DNA of 64,000 nt, taken from an uncultured Clostridiaceae bacterium (GTDB lineage: Bacteria > Bacillota > UBA994 > PWPR01). The notes under the pieces are model-generated. The model did no database searches. It worked only from the letters and a program-made list of their open reading frames with translations, and was not told the origin of the DNA. Shown here in pieces: positions 33,390-43,625 of this stretch. Within the stretch, counting starts at the first letter, position 1; the number at the start of each line of letters is the position of its first letter. The stretch spans positions 175 to 64,174 of the forward strand of contig CAZJHT010000010.1 of NCBI GenBank assembly GCA_964546025.1. The letters run 5' to 3'. A program made the position numbers and the translations under genes.

Positions 33390-35018
33390 TTACTGCTTAC
33401 ATAAAATAAAATCTATTGCTTCTGCTAAAAGTTTTGGTGTGTTTTCTAATAAATCAGGCAAATATATCCTTTCAGTCATCATATGTAAATCTTTACCCCA
33501 TGGACCCAAATTAATAGATGGAATATCTAAGTTTGACATTAGGTCAAGTGGAATGTTATAAATATCTCCCCATAAAGGCATATTTGGTTCGATTGAACCT
33601 ATAACTTCACTTGCATCAGCTAAAGATGCATAACTCATATCTGATATTCCAGTATAAAAGTGTACTACATCTAGTTCTTGTTTTAAGTTATTCCTTGTGT
33701 ATTCCTTTAAATGAGCTTCTAGGTTTTTCACCTTATCATCTAAGTTTTTATTATAGTCTAAGATAACATGAGGATAATAAGGTGGTGCTAATGCTATTAC
33801 AACAACAGGATTCAAATGCTTTAATCTACCTACTAGAAAATCTGATAACATACCTGTTGCTTTTGGCATGTCAAGTTCATCAGATGAGACTTGTTCAATA
33901 ATACTCTCTAGATATTTATCGTATGCACTAATAAAGCTATTACCCTGTTCCTCTTTTAACTTAGTAAACAGTTCACTAAAATAATATACTTCATTTGTCC
34001 ATGTATTTTCTGGTTGTTTACTATAGTGTGCCAAATATGCATTATTATATCTTTTGAGGCTCTTAGCAAATTCTTCTCTTACAATTTCTTTAATCTTCTC
34101 TAGAAGTCTTTGTGGGCTGCTGCTAAAAGTTAAGATATTAAGATATGAATATGCACTTTCTGGTAGTGACACATCATATCCTTTTTTATTATCTCTCAAG
34201 TATAGCCAAGTGGGTGCTGGTGTTTTTTCTCCAGAATAACTATCACAAAGATCTTGATTAAGTTCTATTGCTCTGACAATATCAGATATTATCCCAATCG
34301 GATTAAGTCCTTGGTAGACATTTCCTACATGTGCTCTTACACCTCTAACGTATACTGTAGGCATAATTTTTCCAATACTTCCCCTATACAATACGGGCTT
34401 TTCTTTGACTTTTCTGACATGTGTTTCAACATCTATTAAAAGCTTATAATCTAAATCATAGTCTTCTTTTAAATCTGAAAGTATGTTAATCGCATGGCGC
34501 ATCCCAGCAGACAAAGTTTCTTCATCTGGAACAGCTATATAAAGGATTGAACCATTATGCATCTCTGTACTATGTCTCTCAAGATATTCAAGTTGCATAG
34601 CTGCTCCGCCTTTCATGTCAGCAGTTCCTCTACCAAAAAGCCAGTTACCACTCTTTAAATCTTGAGTACATTCTTCGTTCAAGTCTAAATCAACCATGTG
34701 TTCCATTAATTCTCTTGGTGAATTAGAATATTCTCTTAAAGAGCCATAATCATGAGTATCAACAGTATCATAGTGATTTATCAGCACTACTGTTTTTGGG
34801 TTGTTTTCATCTAGGTATAAACCCCATACAACTTCTCTCTCTAAATAATCTCCAGGTATTTCTGTCATATTACAAAAATGATCATTTTCGATAAAGTAAG
34901 GCATTTGAGCTATTTCGTGATACATAGCTATTGCCATACTTTTCTCTTCTAGCGTTGCTGTTTCAGACTTAACTTTCACAAGTCTTAGTAAAATGTCTAG
35001 TATTCTTTGCTTTTGCAT
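33390..35018 (-). CDS. M20/M25/M40-family metallohydrolase, long form (RocB-like)
   Basis: 542 aa with NHYDTVD, GRGTADMKGG and PDEE metal and catalytic motifs. The RocB resemblance is from memory only. Confidence 0.65.
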   Translation of the reverse strand: MQKQRILDILLRLVKVKSETATLEEKSMAIAMYHEIAQMPYFIENDHFCNMTEIPGDYLEREVVWGLYLDENNPKTVVLINHYDTVDTHDYGSLREYSNSPRELMEHMVDLDLNEECTQDLKSGNWLFGRGTADMKGGAAMQLEYLERHSTEMHNGSILYIAVPDEETLSAGMRHAINILSDLKEDYDLDYKLLIDVETHVRKVKEKPVLYRGSIGKIMPTVYVRGVRAHVGNVYQGLNPIGIISDIVRAIELNQDLCDSYSGEKTPAPTWLYLRDNKKGYDVSLPESAYSYLNILTFSSSPQRLLEKIKEIVREEFAKSLKRYNNAYLAHYSKQPENTWTNEVYYFSELFTKLKEEQGNSFISAYDKYLESIIEQVSSDELDMPKATGMLSDFLVGRLKHLNPVVVIALAPPYYPHVILDYNKNLDDKVKNLEAHLKEYTRNNLKQELDVVHFYTGISDMSYASLADASEVIGSIEPNMPLWGDIYNIPLDLMSNLDIPSINLGPWGKDLHMMTERIYLPDLLENTPKLLAEAIDFILCKQ

Positions 35019-35214
35019 ATCCTACCTCCTCAAAGTATCTTATGGTTTTTTCGCTTTTCTCTACTAAAATCCTGCATGAAATACCCATATGTCCAATATA
35101 TTTGTTAAAATATTTCTTATTTTTGTTGATTTTTAACCGTTTTTTAGTTTGTTTTTATACAAATCTATGCTATAATACTTCATGTAATACAGATTAGGAA
35201 GGAAGTTATAAAAA

Positions 35215-35445
35215 ATGAAAAATGTTAAAGTATATGTTAGTAACACTTGTCCTTATTGTCATATGATTAAAGAGTTTATGGAAGACCAAGGATATTCTTA
35301 TGAAGAAAGAAATATTTCAACAGACTCATCCGCGAGAGATGAGCTTGTTAGCATGAATATGCGTGGCGTACCAGTTACAGTAATTGATGATGACCTAATA
35401 GTTGGTTACGATCCACAAAAAATAAAAGCAGCAATGGATAATTAG
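35215..35445 (+). CDS. Glutaredoxin-like protein (NrdH/YruB-type, CPYC)
   Basis: 76 aa with VYVSNTCPYCHMIKEF and GVPVTVI (cis-Pro region). Confidence 0.85.
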   Translation: MKNVKVYVSNTCPYCHMIKEFMEDQGYSYEERNISTDSSARDELVSMNMRGVPVTVIDDDLIVGYDPQKIKAAMDN

Positions 35446-35452
35446 TACTATT

Positions 35453-35478
35453 AAAGGGCTTTCAATTGAAAGCCCTTA
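35453..35478. terminator. Bidirectional terminator hairpin
   Basis: AAGGGCTTTC-aatt-GAAAGCCCTT followed by ATTTAATTTTT, between convergent genes. Confidence 0.7.
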
Positions 35479-35479
35479 T

Positions 35480-36679
35480 TTAATTTTTAGAAACTGTTAG
35501 GTAAAAAAGCTGCTTAAAAATATCTGTTATGCTTTCTACATTTATATTACCTATTTCTTTAAGACCCTGTTTACTTTCATATATACTCTTCACAGCTGCT
35601 TCTAGTTGAGGTGAAGTTATTCCATGCTGAATTGACTTACTTGCCTCCATCATAGCTGCAAGCTCGTCTGCTAACCGTAAGAGCTTGCCATGTACTAAAG
35701 TATCAGTATTACTATTTATAGTAACATGCCTATCAGCAAATTCATTTTTTGTAAAACCTGCTAATTCTTCTTTTATGACTTTGTGAGATGAATCACTTAA
35801 ATATTTAAACATCTCTTCTTCTACTATATCTGCCTCTATTTTCCCAATAATCTCATCTAAACCTGCTACAGCATGTTTAATTGGAGATATAATATCTCTT
35901 GTTACTGATTCTGGCAAATCATGGAATAACCCAGCATAGAAATTTGCAAAGAGTGTTTCTGTAGAATCTGTTATCTGAATAGTAAAATAAAACATCATAG
36001 CTGCTACAAACATTGCATGTCCCATAACTGAAGTTTTTGGTATCCTAGGAGTTTGACTCCATCTTACTTGATATCTTAACTGTTCAAAGATAAGATTGAA
36101 CTTGTATAAGTCTTGCTTTGCAATCATTTGCTGAAGTCCTTTAACTTCCATAAGCGGCATTAAATTAGCATACATTTCAGACTCAGTCTCATCAAAAAGA
36201 GTGTTTCTTTCTGCAATAAAACCAAGTATTTCAAATTCCCGCAAAGTGGCATACTTATGAGCTGCTCTTAAAATTCTATACTCAAATATACTTATATCTT
36301 CTTCTTTATCTAAGTATGTCATGAATTTTTCAAGCATTTCTTTACTCAATAATCCTTGATAACGATCTATTATCCATTGATTTAATCTTCTATTTAAATC
36401 TTTGTCTTCTGATATCTGCCTAGTAACAACAACTTTTATATCTGATAATGCAATTTTTCTAAGCAGCTCGAAAAAACCGCCTTCAATAATAATTTTCCAA
36501 TCAACTTGATTTCCTTGCTGTTCTTCTATTTTCCCAAAGAGATAAGCTAAAAACATTTTATGTGATTCCTTCTCCATTTGAGAAAACTCAAGTGGTCTTA
36601 ATCTATCATTCCACCTTAATATTGAAAAACCCTCAAAAAGTTTATCAAGTAGTTGAAGGTCTAACTTAAGCCTTTTCAA
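35480..36679 (-). CDS. HD-domain phosphohydrolase-like protein
   Basis: 399 aa with H...HD metal motifs (GHAMFVAAM, GLFHDLPESVTRD). TTG start after GGGGGAG. Confidence 0.75.
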   Translation of the reverse strand: MKRLKLDLQLLDKLFEGFSILRWNDRLRPLEFSQMEKESHKMFLAYLFGKIEEQQGNQVDWKIIIEGGFFELLRKIALSDIKVVVTRQISEDKDLNRRLNQWIIDRYQGLLSKEMLEKFMTYLDKEEDISIFEYRILRAAHKYATLREFEILGFIAERNTLFDETESEMYANLMPLMEVKGLQQMIAKQDLYKFNLIFEQLRYQVRWSQTPRIPKTSVMGHAMFVAAMMFYFTIQITDSTETLFANFYAGLFHDLPESVTRDIISPIKHAVAGLDEIIGKIEADIVEEEMFKYLSDSSHKVIKEELAGFTKNEFADRHVTINSNTDTLVHGKLLRLADELAAMMEASKSIQHGITSPQLEAAVKSIYESKQGLKEIGNINVESITDIFKQLFYLTVSKN

Positions 36680-36692
36680 CCTTTACTCCCCC

Positions 36693-37739
36693 TTATTTTA
36701 AGATACAACTGATTCCATCAGGGTGATAGCACTTATTACAAGAAATACATTTAGCAGCATTTTCATCCTTATACCATCTATTAATCAGGCCTGGTTCTGC
36801 TATAAGTGGTCTAGACATAGAAAAATATTCAATCTTTGTTTGATTTAATATATTATGCATAACATGTGGAGTCCTGTTAAGTCGGGACAGTATTACTGGG
36901 ATATCAACTTGTTCTGCTAATATAGCTGCATAATCTGCTAAGACAGACTCTGCCTTTTTATGTGATCCTGGTGGGGTTTTTCCACTAACCTCAATAGCGT
37001 CAATCCCAACAGAGGCTAGTTCTTGACATGCCAATTGACATGCTTTAAACGAAAAACCTTCATCTGTGAAATCTGATACATTGATTTTTATCATTATAAT
37101 GAAGTCGTCACCTACTAAAGCTCTAGTCTCATCATAAATCTCACATATGATTCTAATTCTATTATTGATTGAACCACCATAATTATCAGTTCTCTTATTA
37201 TAGTCAGGGCTTAAAAATTGACTCAATAAGTATCCATGGGCAGCGTGCAGCTCTACACCATCATAGCCTGCTTTTTTAGCTCTATGTGCTGCATTTGCAA
37301 ATGCCTTAACAACTGTATTTATATCTTCTTTTGTCATTTCTTTAGGCATTACACCTGTGTTTGGGTTTTCAATAGCAGATGGTGCAAAAATAACTCTTTC
37401 ACCTAGATTATATCTAGTTTGAGAACCTCCATATGCCAATTGCATTATTATCTTTGTATCATATTGGTGAACCTTGTCTACCAAAATTTTATTCTTTTCT
37501 ATAAAGCTGTCATTACTCATACCCATCATCTTTGGGTTCGGCTGCTCATCATCCATAACAAAAGCATAACCTGTTATTATTGTACCTATTCCACCCTTAG
37601 CAAGCTCTTCATAAAAATCAATAAGTCTATCATTAACTGTACCATCTTCATCAGCCATTCTTTCCCAAGTAGCTGCTCTCATGAAACGGTTTTTCAGTAC
37701 ATTTCCTTTTAGCTCTGTTTTATCAAATAAGTTTCTCAT
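36693..37739 (-). CDS. Old-Yellow-Enzyme-family NADH:flavin oxidoreductase with a C-terminal CxxCxxCx7C motif
   Basis: TIM-barrel OYE motifs (GVELHAAHGYLLSQFLSP, NxRTDxYGGS). It ends CISCNKCYHPDGISCILK. Confidence 0.88.
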   Translation of the reverse strand: MRNLFDKTELKGNVLKNRFMRAATWERMADEDGTVNDRLIDFYEELAKGGIGTIITGYAFVMDDEQPNPKMMGMSNDSFIEKNKILVDKVHQYDTKIIMQLAYGGSQTRYNLGERVIFAPSAIENPNTGVMPKEMTKEDINTVVKAFANAAHRAKKAGYDGVELHAAHGYLLSQFLSPDYNKRTDNYGGSINNRIRIICEIYDETRALVGDDFIIMIKINVSDFTDEGFSFKACQLACQELASVGIDAIEVSGKTPPGSHKKAESVLADYAAILAEQVDIPVILSRLNRTPHVMHNILNQTKIEYFSMSRPLIAEPGLINRWYKDENAAKCISCNKCYHPDGISCILK

Positions 37740-37887
37740 AAAATCCTCCTATGTTTATTCTCATATAAACATTATATCATTAAAGTGACCTTACATAGCT
37801 ATTGATTTTACTCTATTAATTTATTTGAGTCATATAAGCAGGAATTTTATTTAGTTAAGCGAATAATTATAGTTGGGAGGGATAAAA

Positions 37888-39474
37888 ATGTATAACTACA
37901 TAATTCGTAATGCAAAAATACTTGATGGGTCTGGGAATCCTTGGCGCATTGGTGATGTTGCCATTAGTGGAGACAAAATAGCTAAAGTGGGCGATTTGTC
38001 TAAAGAAAAGGCTATTACAGAAATAGATGCAACTGGGCTGTATCTAAGCCCTGGGTTTATTGACATACACACTCATTCTGAGTCAATACTCTTTCAAGAC
38101 GGAAGAGCCCATGCTCATCTACTGCAAGGTGTTACTACAAATGTATTAGGGCAATGTGGAAGTTCTCCATACCCTTTTACTAGCCTCAGAAAAGACTCCA
38201 GTGATAAGAGTAACCTTGAGGTGACTTGGGAAACTACTGGAGATTTTCTTAATCAGATGAAGGATAAGAAAATTAGTGTTAATGTTGTTCCTGTTGTTGG
38301 ACAAGGAGCAATTAGACAGTGTGTTATGGGTTTTAATCCAGATAAACCTAATCAAGAACAATTGGATGAAATGAAGAAACTTTTAATTGAAGCCATGGAT
38401 AGTGGATGTTTTGGTGTTAGTACTGGCTTAATATACACGCCAAGTGCTTATGCCGATACAGATGAAATCATTGAATTAACTAAGGTAATATCAGATTACG
38501 ATGGACTATATTTCTCTCATATTCGCGGAGAGAATGACTATGTACTTGATGCTATAAATGAAGCTTTAAGAGTAGGTGAAGAGGCTGATGTGCCTGTACA
38601 AATCTCACACCTAAAAGCGATGGGGCGTCATATGTGGGGTAAATCAGTTGAGATTTTACAAACTATTGACAATGCCCGCAATAGAAATATTGATGTAACT
38701 TTTGACCAATATCCTTACAAAGCATCTGCTACTGGGTTAGCTGCTATATTACCACCTTGGGCTCATGAGGGCGGAGCATATAAAATGCGTGAACGCTTAG
38801 CAGACCCTAAGTTAAGAGAAAAAATGAAGCATGAGATGATAAATGGTTCAGGTAACTGGATTAGTTTTTATAAAGGTGTCGAGTTTGACAATATCTTAAT
38901 TACTGACACATTGAGTGATAAAAGCATTGTTGGCAAAACAATTGCACAAATAGCTAAAGAGCGAAATGATGAAGATGAGTTTAAGACATGTTTTGACATT
39001 TTGCAAACCTATGAAGGTAGAGTAAGTATTGTTTACTTTACTATTTCTGATGAGGACATTGAAAGAATAATGAAGCATCCTCTAATGATGGTTGGTTCTG
39101 ATAGTAGCGCTAGACCCATAGATGGCCCTCTTACTTCAGGCTTACCTCACCCTAGAACTTTTGGAAGCTTTATTACTGTTTTAGCTACTTATGTAAGAGA
39201 TAAAGGAGTTATCACTTTGGAGGAAGCAATTAGAAAAATGACTGCTGCTCCAGCTTACAGGCTTGGTCTTTGGGATAGAGGACTAATCTTGCCAGGAAAT
39301 AAGGGCGACTTAGTATTGTTTGATTTATCAAAAATAGGCACTAAATCTGACTATACAAATCCTGTACAATTTCCAACTGGAATAAAGAAAGTATTTGTAA
39401 ATGGAATCTTATCTGTAGACGATGGAGAGCACACTGGTGCAGCAGCTGGGTATTTACTGCGCAAGAATGAATAA
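37888..39474 (+). CDS. N-acyl-D-amino-acid deacylase (D-aminoacylase) family amidohydrolase
   Basis: GFIDIHTHSE and the typical family length and C-terminus. Start trimmed to the ATG at 37888, after GGGAGGG. Confidence 0.85.
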   Translation: MYNYIIRNAKILDGSGNPWRIGDVAISGDKIAKVGDLSKEKAITEIDATGLYLSPGFIDIHTHSESILFQDGRAHAHLLQGVTTNVLGQCGSSPYPFTSLRKDSSDKSNLEVTWETTGDFLNQMKDKKISVNVVPVVGQGAIRQCVMGFNPDKPNQEQLDEMKKLLIEAMDSGCFGVSTGLIYTPSAYADTDEIIELTKVISDYDGLYFSHIRGENDYVLDAINEALRVGEEADVPVQISHLKAMGRHMWGKSVEILQTIDNARNRNIDVTFDQYPYKASATGLAAILPPWAHEGGAYKMRERLADPKLREKMKHEMINGSGNWISFYKGVEFDNILITDTLSDKSIVGKTIAQIAKERNDEDEFKTCFDILQTYEGRVSIVYFTISDEDIERIMKHPLMMVGSDSSARPIDGPLTSGLPHPRTFGSFITVLATYVRDKGVITLEEAIRKMTAAPAYRLGLWDRGLILPGNKGDLVLFDLSKIGTKSDYTNPVQFPTGIKKVFVNGILSVDDGEHTGAAAGYLLRKNE

Positions 39475-40148
39475 TGGAAGGTAATAAATGGAGAATGCTT
39501 CTTAAAAAGACTCCAAACCTAGTACTTGGTTTGTTGTTTTTCTCAGTTGGTATTTCACTAACTGTAGTAGCCCGTTTAGGTCTTGATCCTTGGAGTGTTT
39601 TTCATATGGGACTGGCTAATGTTTTGCCTATTACTTTTGGACAAGCTACTCAATTAACAGGATTTATCATTATAGCGCTGACAATGTTGGCTAAAACTAT
39701 ACCTGGATTTTCTACTATTTTATATACTTATGCAGTAGGAGTGTTTGTGGATATAATACTTGGAGCAAATATCATTCCAAACAGTGAAGTGTTAATAGTT
39801 AGAATATTAATGCTATTTTTTGGTATTATTATGATTGCTTTTGCTTCTTACTTTTACTTGAGCACTGAACTAGGTGCAGGTCCAAGAGATGCCCTAATGG
39901 AGGTATTAGTCAAGCTAACTAATAAATCTGTCAGGCTAATTAGGACTTCTATAGAAATATCAGTAGTTTTAACTGGCTTTCTTCTAGGTGGACCCGTTGG
40001 TATTGGCACAATTATTTCAGCTTTGTTTACAGGAACCATAGTGCAATTTGCTTTTAATATAGGTAACTATGATCCTAAGCTTGCTAATCACATGAATATA
40101 ATAGAAATGTTTAAATTATTCTTTTTAGCTAAAAAGAACTTTGTTTAA
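39474..40148 (+). CDS. YczE/YitT-like integral membrane protein
   Basis: 224 aa with about 6 TM helices. The motif RLGLDPWSVFHMGL is typical of YczE-like proteins. TAATG overlap with the D-aminoacylase gene. Confidence 0.6.
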   Translation: MEGNKWRMLLKKTPNLVLGLLFFSVGISLTVVARLGLDPWSVFHMGLANVLPITFGQATQLTGFIIIALTMLAKTIPGFSTILYTYAVGVFVDIILGANIIPNSEVLIVRILMLFFGIIMIAFASYFYLSTELGAGPRDALMEVLVKLTNKSVRLIRTSIEISVVLTGFLLGGPVGIGTIISALFTGTIVQFAFNIGNYDPKLANHMNIIEMFKLFFLAKKNFV

Positions 40149-40149
40149 C

Positions 40150-40191
40150 AAAAAAGATGGAAGCTCATGCTATAGCTTTCCATCTTTTTTG
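40150..40191. terminator. Bidirectional terminator
   Basis: AAAAAGATGGAAGCT-catgctat-AGCTTTCCATCTTTTTT. Confidence 0.7.
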
Positions 40192-40674
40192 CTATTTTCT
40201 TAATGTTGCTACTAATGCGTCTTTATTAATTAAAATCCCTAATGCTTCATCAATAGATTTTATTACTAGGTCACTAGCTAAAAGCGTATCTTTAGCACAA
40301 CCTTCATGACCTAACAAACAAATTCCAAGTTCGGCTTCTTTAATCATCAATAAGTCATTATTTCCATTGCCTATAGCTACACAGTTTTTTTTACCGAGTT
40401 TTTTAATAAGGTTTTCTTTGTCTATCGTACCATTGTCACTTGATACTAATTGAACTTCTACCGGTAAGTTTTCTACTTCTGCCAGAACACTTCCAAAAGT
40501 ATCTGCAGTAATAATATAGATTTTCAATTCTTCCGATAGCTTGATCAGGAGTTCTTTTGTACTATCTTTTACTTTCCCTAACTCTGCTAAAGTACCGTTG
40601 TAATCTAAAACTAAATATTTTAAATCTAATTTCTTATAGTAGGGGATACTAACTTGTATCATCTTAATAGCCAT
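40192..40674 (-). CDS. Small HAD-superfamily phosphatase (soluble P-type-ATPase-like, COG4087-type)
   Basis: DYNGT (DxxGT-like) and GNGNND motifs. Start ambiguous: 40674 overlaps degV by 11 nt, and 40662 lies 1 nt after the degV stop. Confidence 0.72.
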   Translation of the reverse strand: MAIKMIQVSIPYYKKLDLKYLVLDYNGTLAELGKVKDSTKELLIKLSEELKIYIITADTFGSVLAEVENLPVEVQLVSSDNGTIDKENLIKKLGKKNCVAIGNGNNDLLMIKEAELGICLLGHEGCAKDTLLASDLVIKSIDEALGILINKDALVATLRK

Positions 40675-41509
40675 TTACCCAAGCAATTGCAATAGACTTA
40701 GGTCCTGTATGAACACTTATTACTGGAGACATTTCACTTATACTTGTTTCAAATTCAGGATACTTCTGATTTATGAGCTCCTGCATTTGCAAAACATAAT
40801 CTTCACCTTTTGCATGACATAGTGAAATATGTGTGTTACTTTTTAGCTCTTTCTCTTCTATAACCTGCATAACATAACTCATTGCTTTTTTCATTGTTCT
40901 TACTTTCTCATCAAGAATAATCTCTCCACTATCGAATCTAAGAATTGGTTTTATTTTAAGCATAGTTCCAAGTGATGCTGCTACTCCACTTACTCTCCCT
41001 GTTCTTTGTAAGTGGTTAAGATCATCTACTATCAAATATGCATGATGATCTTTCTTCATGTCTTCCATGCATTCTAGTATTTGTGCAACAGTCTTACCTT
41101 TTTCCACCATATCACAAGCTTTACAAACCATTCTTTTTTGGACTGTAGATGTCATAAGAGTATCTACTACTTTAATTTTATCTGCACTTACTTCATTTGC
41201 AGTAATGAACCCAGTTTGAAATGTTCCACTTATTTTTGAGCTTAATGTAATGTAAATTATTTCATCATAGTCAAGCAATAAGTTTTCCATTAGTTCGTTT
41301 ACTTTCCCAATTGATGGCTGTGATGTTGTTGGGAGCTCTTCTGCCTGATCAACTAAGTTAAAGAAATCTCTCTGTGAAATATCACCATCGTGAAAAACTT
41401 TGTCACGAAAAATTATTTGTAATGGTAAAATTTTAAGAAAAGAGTATTTACTTATAATTTCTGGCTCTACAACTGCAGTGCTATCTGTAATTATTGCGAT
41501 TTTAGTCAT
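40664..41509 (-). CDS. DegV-family fatty-acid-binding protein
   Basis: 281 aa with IAIITDSTA, LPTTSQPS and SGT motifs. Confidence 0.9.
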   Translation of the reverse strand: MTKIAIITDSTAVVEPEIISKYSFLKILPLQIIFRDKVFHDGDISQRDFFNLVDQAEELPTTSQPSIGKVNELMENLLLDYDEIIYITLSSKISGTFQTGFITANEVSADKIKVVDTLMTSTVQKRMVCKACDMVEKGKTVAQILECMEDMKKDHHAYLIVDDLNHLQRTGRVSGVAASLGTMLKIKPILRFDSGEIILDEKVRTMKKAMSYVMQVIEEKELKSNTHISLCHAKGEDYVLQMQELINQKYPEFETSISEMSPVISVHTGPKSIAIAWVNGY

Positions 41510-41546
41510 TATATCTCTCCCATGCGCTTTCTGTAACCAATATTAT

Positions 41547-41586
41547 ACAGAGGTAGTTATGTTCAGTCAATTATAACTACCTCTGT
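41547..41586 (-). terminator. 14-bp hairpin after the S9 peptidase gene (weak U-tract)
   Basis: ACAGAGGTAGTTAT-N12-ATAACTACCTCTGT. The minus-strand tail is ATAATATTGG. Confidence 0.45.
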
Positions 41587-41594
41587 TAACAATT

Positions 41595-43607
41595 CTATTT
41601 CAGATACTTATTAAAGAATTCTGTCATTCTTGGAAGAGCATCCTCCCAAGTTTTCCTAAATCTAAATGTATGCATCTCTTCAGGATAATATATTGACTCA
41701 TGAATTGCACCCAACTTTACGCAGTCTTTTACTATACTACTTAATTGCTCAAAATCGACATTAGGATCATTTGTTCCTTGAAGATTCATCAATGGCTTCT
41801 TTAGATTCTCTTTATAGTACACTGGAGAACCTTTAGCCCACAAGTCTGGTCTCTCTTCTATTTTCCCACAGAAGTTTGCATCTCCGTGATAGTTGCCATA
41901 GGTGTCTTCTATCCAACTACCCCATTGAGCAATATCCCATAAACCAGCAATATTAATTCCTACTTCAAATTCATCAGGATATTGAGTTAATGAGTGAAGT
42001 GTCATATATCCTCCATAACTGAGTCCATATACAGCAACTTTGCTTTGATCAACATAGTCTAGATTTTTTAGATATTTACCTGCATTTACAATATCTATTG
42101 TATCATCTATACCCTTCTTTTTATAAAGTCCATATCTAAAGTCTTTGCCATACCCTATACCTCCTCTAAAGTTTGGAGAAAGCACAATGTATCCTTGACT
42201 AACTAAAAATTGATTATATGCATAGAAGTGCGCATAAGTAGCTGATGGGTGCCATGAGCCTCTCATTTGCCTCATAGGTCCTCCATGAACCCAAACTATA
42301 GCAGGATATCTCTTCTCTGAATCAAAATCACTTGGCTTAAATAAGAAAGCATCAATATCCCAATCCTCTGCTCCCTTATATGTAATTAGTTCTGTCTCTA
42401 CAAGTTTTTCAGCTAATCCATCTGGCATAGAGAATGTTAGCTGCTGACACTCTAATTTGTCTAAATTAACAAACCAAAGATCCCCATTTTCTTTTTTACT
42501 ACAATGCATAAAAGCTAATAAGCTGCCATCAGGAGAATACTTTGGAGCTAGGTTTGTTAAAGAAAAATCAGTTATCTTTCTCTCACTATGAGATTCAAGA
42601 TCGTACTCATATAACTGTCTTTCTATCCTGTGTTCTTTATTTGAAGCATATACGAATTTACTACCGCTAGGACTAATTGATATTGAGTCTCCCATTTGCC
42701 CAATATCTTCGCACTCCCCATATGTCAATTGTTTTAATATTTTAGTTTTTAAAGAGTATGTGTAATAGTGAAAATATCCATCGTTTTCTAGACCAAACAA
42801 GAGCTCATTTCTTTTCATATTAGGTGTAACATTTGCATAAAAAGAACCTCTCTCTAGCTCATCCCCTACTGATAGAATATGCTCTTTATCTATAACAAAC
42901 TGGCTAACAGCATTAATAACACTGTAGTCCTTCCAGTCTTCTTGATGAGGAATTGTCGCGATGTAATAGTCTAGATTTGCTCTAAACCTCCCACTTATAC
43001 GATAAATAAACTTTGTATTATCAAGCCATTTACCTTCTTCTATCATATCTTTGTGTCCATCAGATTGCCATACATGTTTTCCTTGATTTGTAGCTATCGC
43101 TAAAAATGGTTTTTGTGTTTTATCTAAGAATGTATACAAGAAAAGCTTCCCATTAGGTGAAAAATCGAAAGCATCCATTCCTACTGTTTGACTGAATCTA
43201 CCTGCAAAAACCTCTCCTAGTCCCATAAAGCTACTTGCTCTTTTATGCTTAAGGCTATAAAAGGTGATGCTTTTACCATCAGTAAAAGCAAATTTGTTAC
43301 CACACTTTGATAAAGCTAGTTTTGGCCTGATTCCACCCAAAGTTGTTATCATTTCCTTATTAAAATCTTCATCATAGATAACAACGTTTCCGTCTTCTAT
43401 CAAAATTATACCGTAGCTTGTATAGACAAAATCAGAAACCCCGCTACTTGCACTACTAATCTTTTTGCTTACTCTTGTTTTAACGTCGACATGGTATACA
43501 TCAGTGATTCCACCATCATTATATTTGTATAACATTTTACTTCCGTCAGGTGCCCATTCAAATCCACTCAAGTATTTTACACTGAGAATTTCATCAAGTT
43601 TTATCAT
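41595..43607 (-). CDS. S9-family serine peptidase (prolyl oligopeptidase / acylaminoacyl-peptidase type)
   Basis: 670 aa with an N-terminal beta-propeller-like region and a C-terminal alpha/beta hydrolase carrying GLSYGGY (GxSxGG) and downstream D/H. Confidence 0.88.
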   Translation of the reverse strand: MIKLDEILSVKYLSGFEWAPDGSKMLYKYNDGGITDVYHVDVKTRVSKKISSASSGVSDFVYTSYGIILIEDGNVVIYDEDFNKEMITTLGGIRPKLALSKCGNKFAFTDGKSITFYSLKHKRASSFMGLGEVFAGRFSQTVGMDAFDFSPNGKLFLYTFLDKTQKPFLAIATNQGKHVWQSDGHKDMIEEGKWLDNTKFIYRISGRFRANLDYYIATIPHQEDWKDYSVINAVSQFVIDKEHILSVGDELERGSFYANVTPNMKRNELLFGLENDGYFHYYTYSLKTKILKQLTYGECEDIGQMGDSISISPSGSKFVYASNKEHRIERQLYEYDLESHSERKITDFSLTNLAPKYSPDGSLLAFMHCSKKENGDLWFVNLDKLECQQLTFSMPDGLAEKLVETELITYKGAEDWDIDAFLFKPSDFDSEKRYPAIVWVHGGPMRQMRGSWHPSATYAHFYAYNQFLVSQGYIVLSPNFRGGIGYGKDFRYGLYKKKGIDDTIDIVNAGKYLKNLDYVDQSKVAVYGLSYGGYMTLHSLTQYPDEFEVGINIAGLWDIAQWGSWIEDTYGNYHGDANFCGKIEERPDLWAKGSPVYYKENLKKPLMNLQGTNDPNVDFEQLSSIVKDCVKLGAIHESIYYPEEMHTFRFRKTWEDALPRMTEFFNKYLK

Positions 43608-43625
43608 CTAGATACCCCCAAAAAT

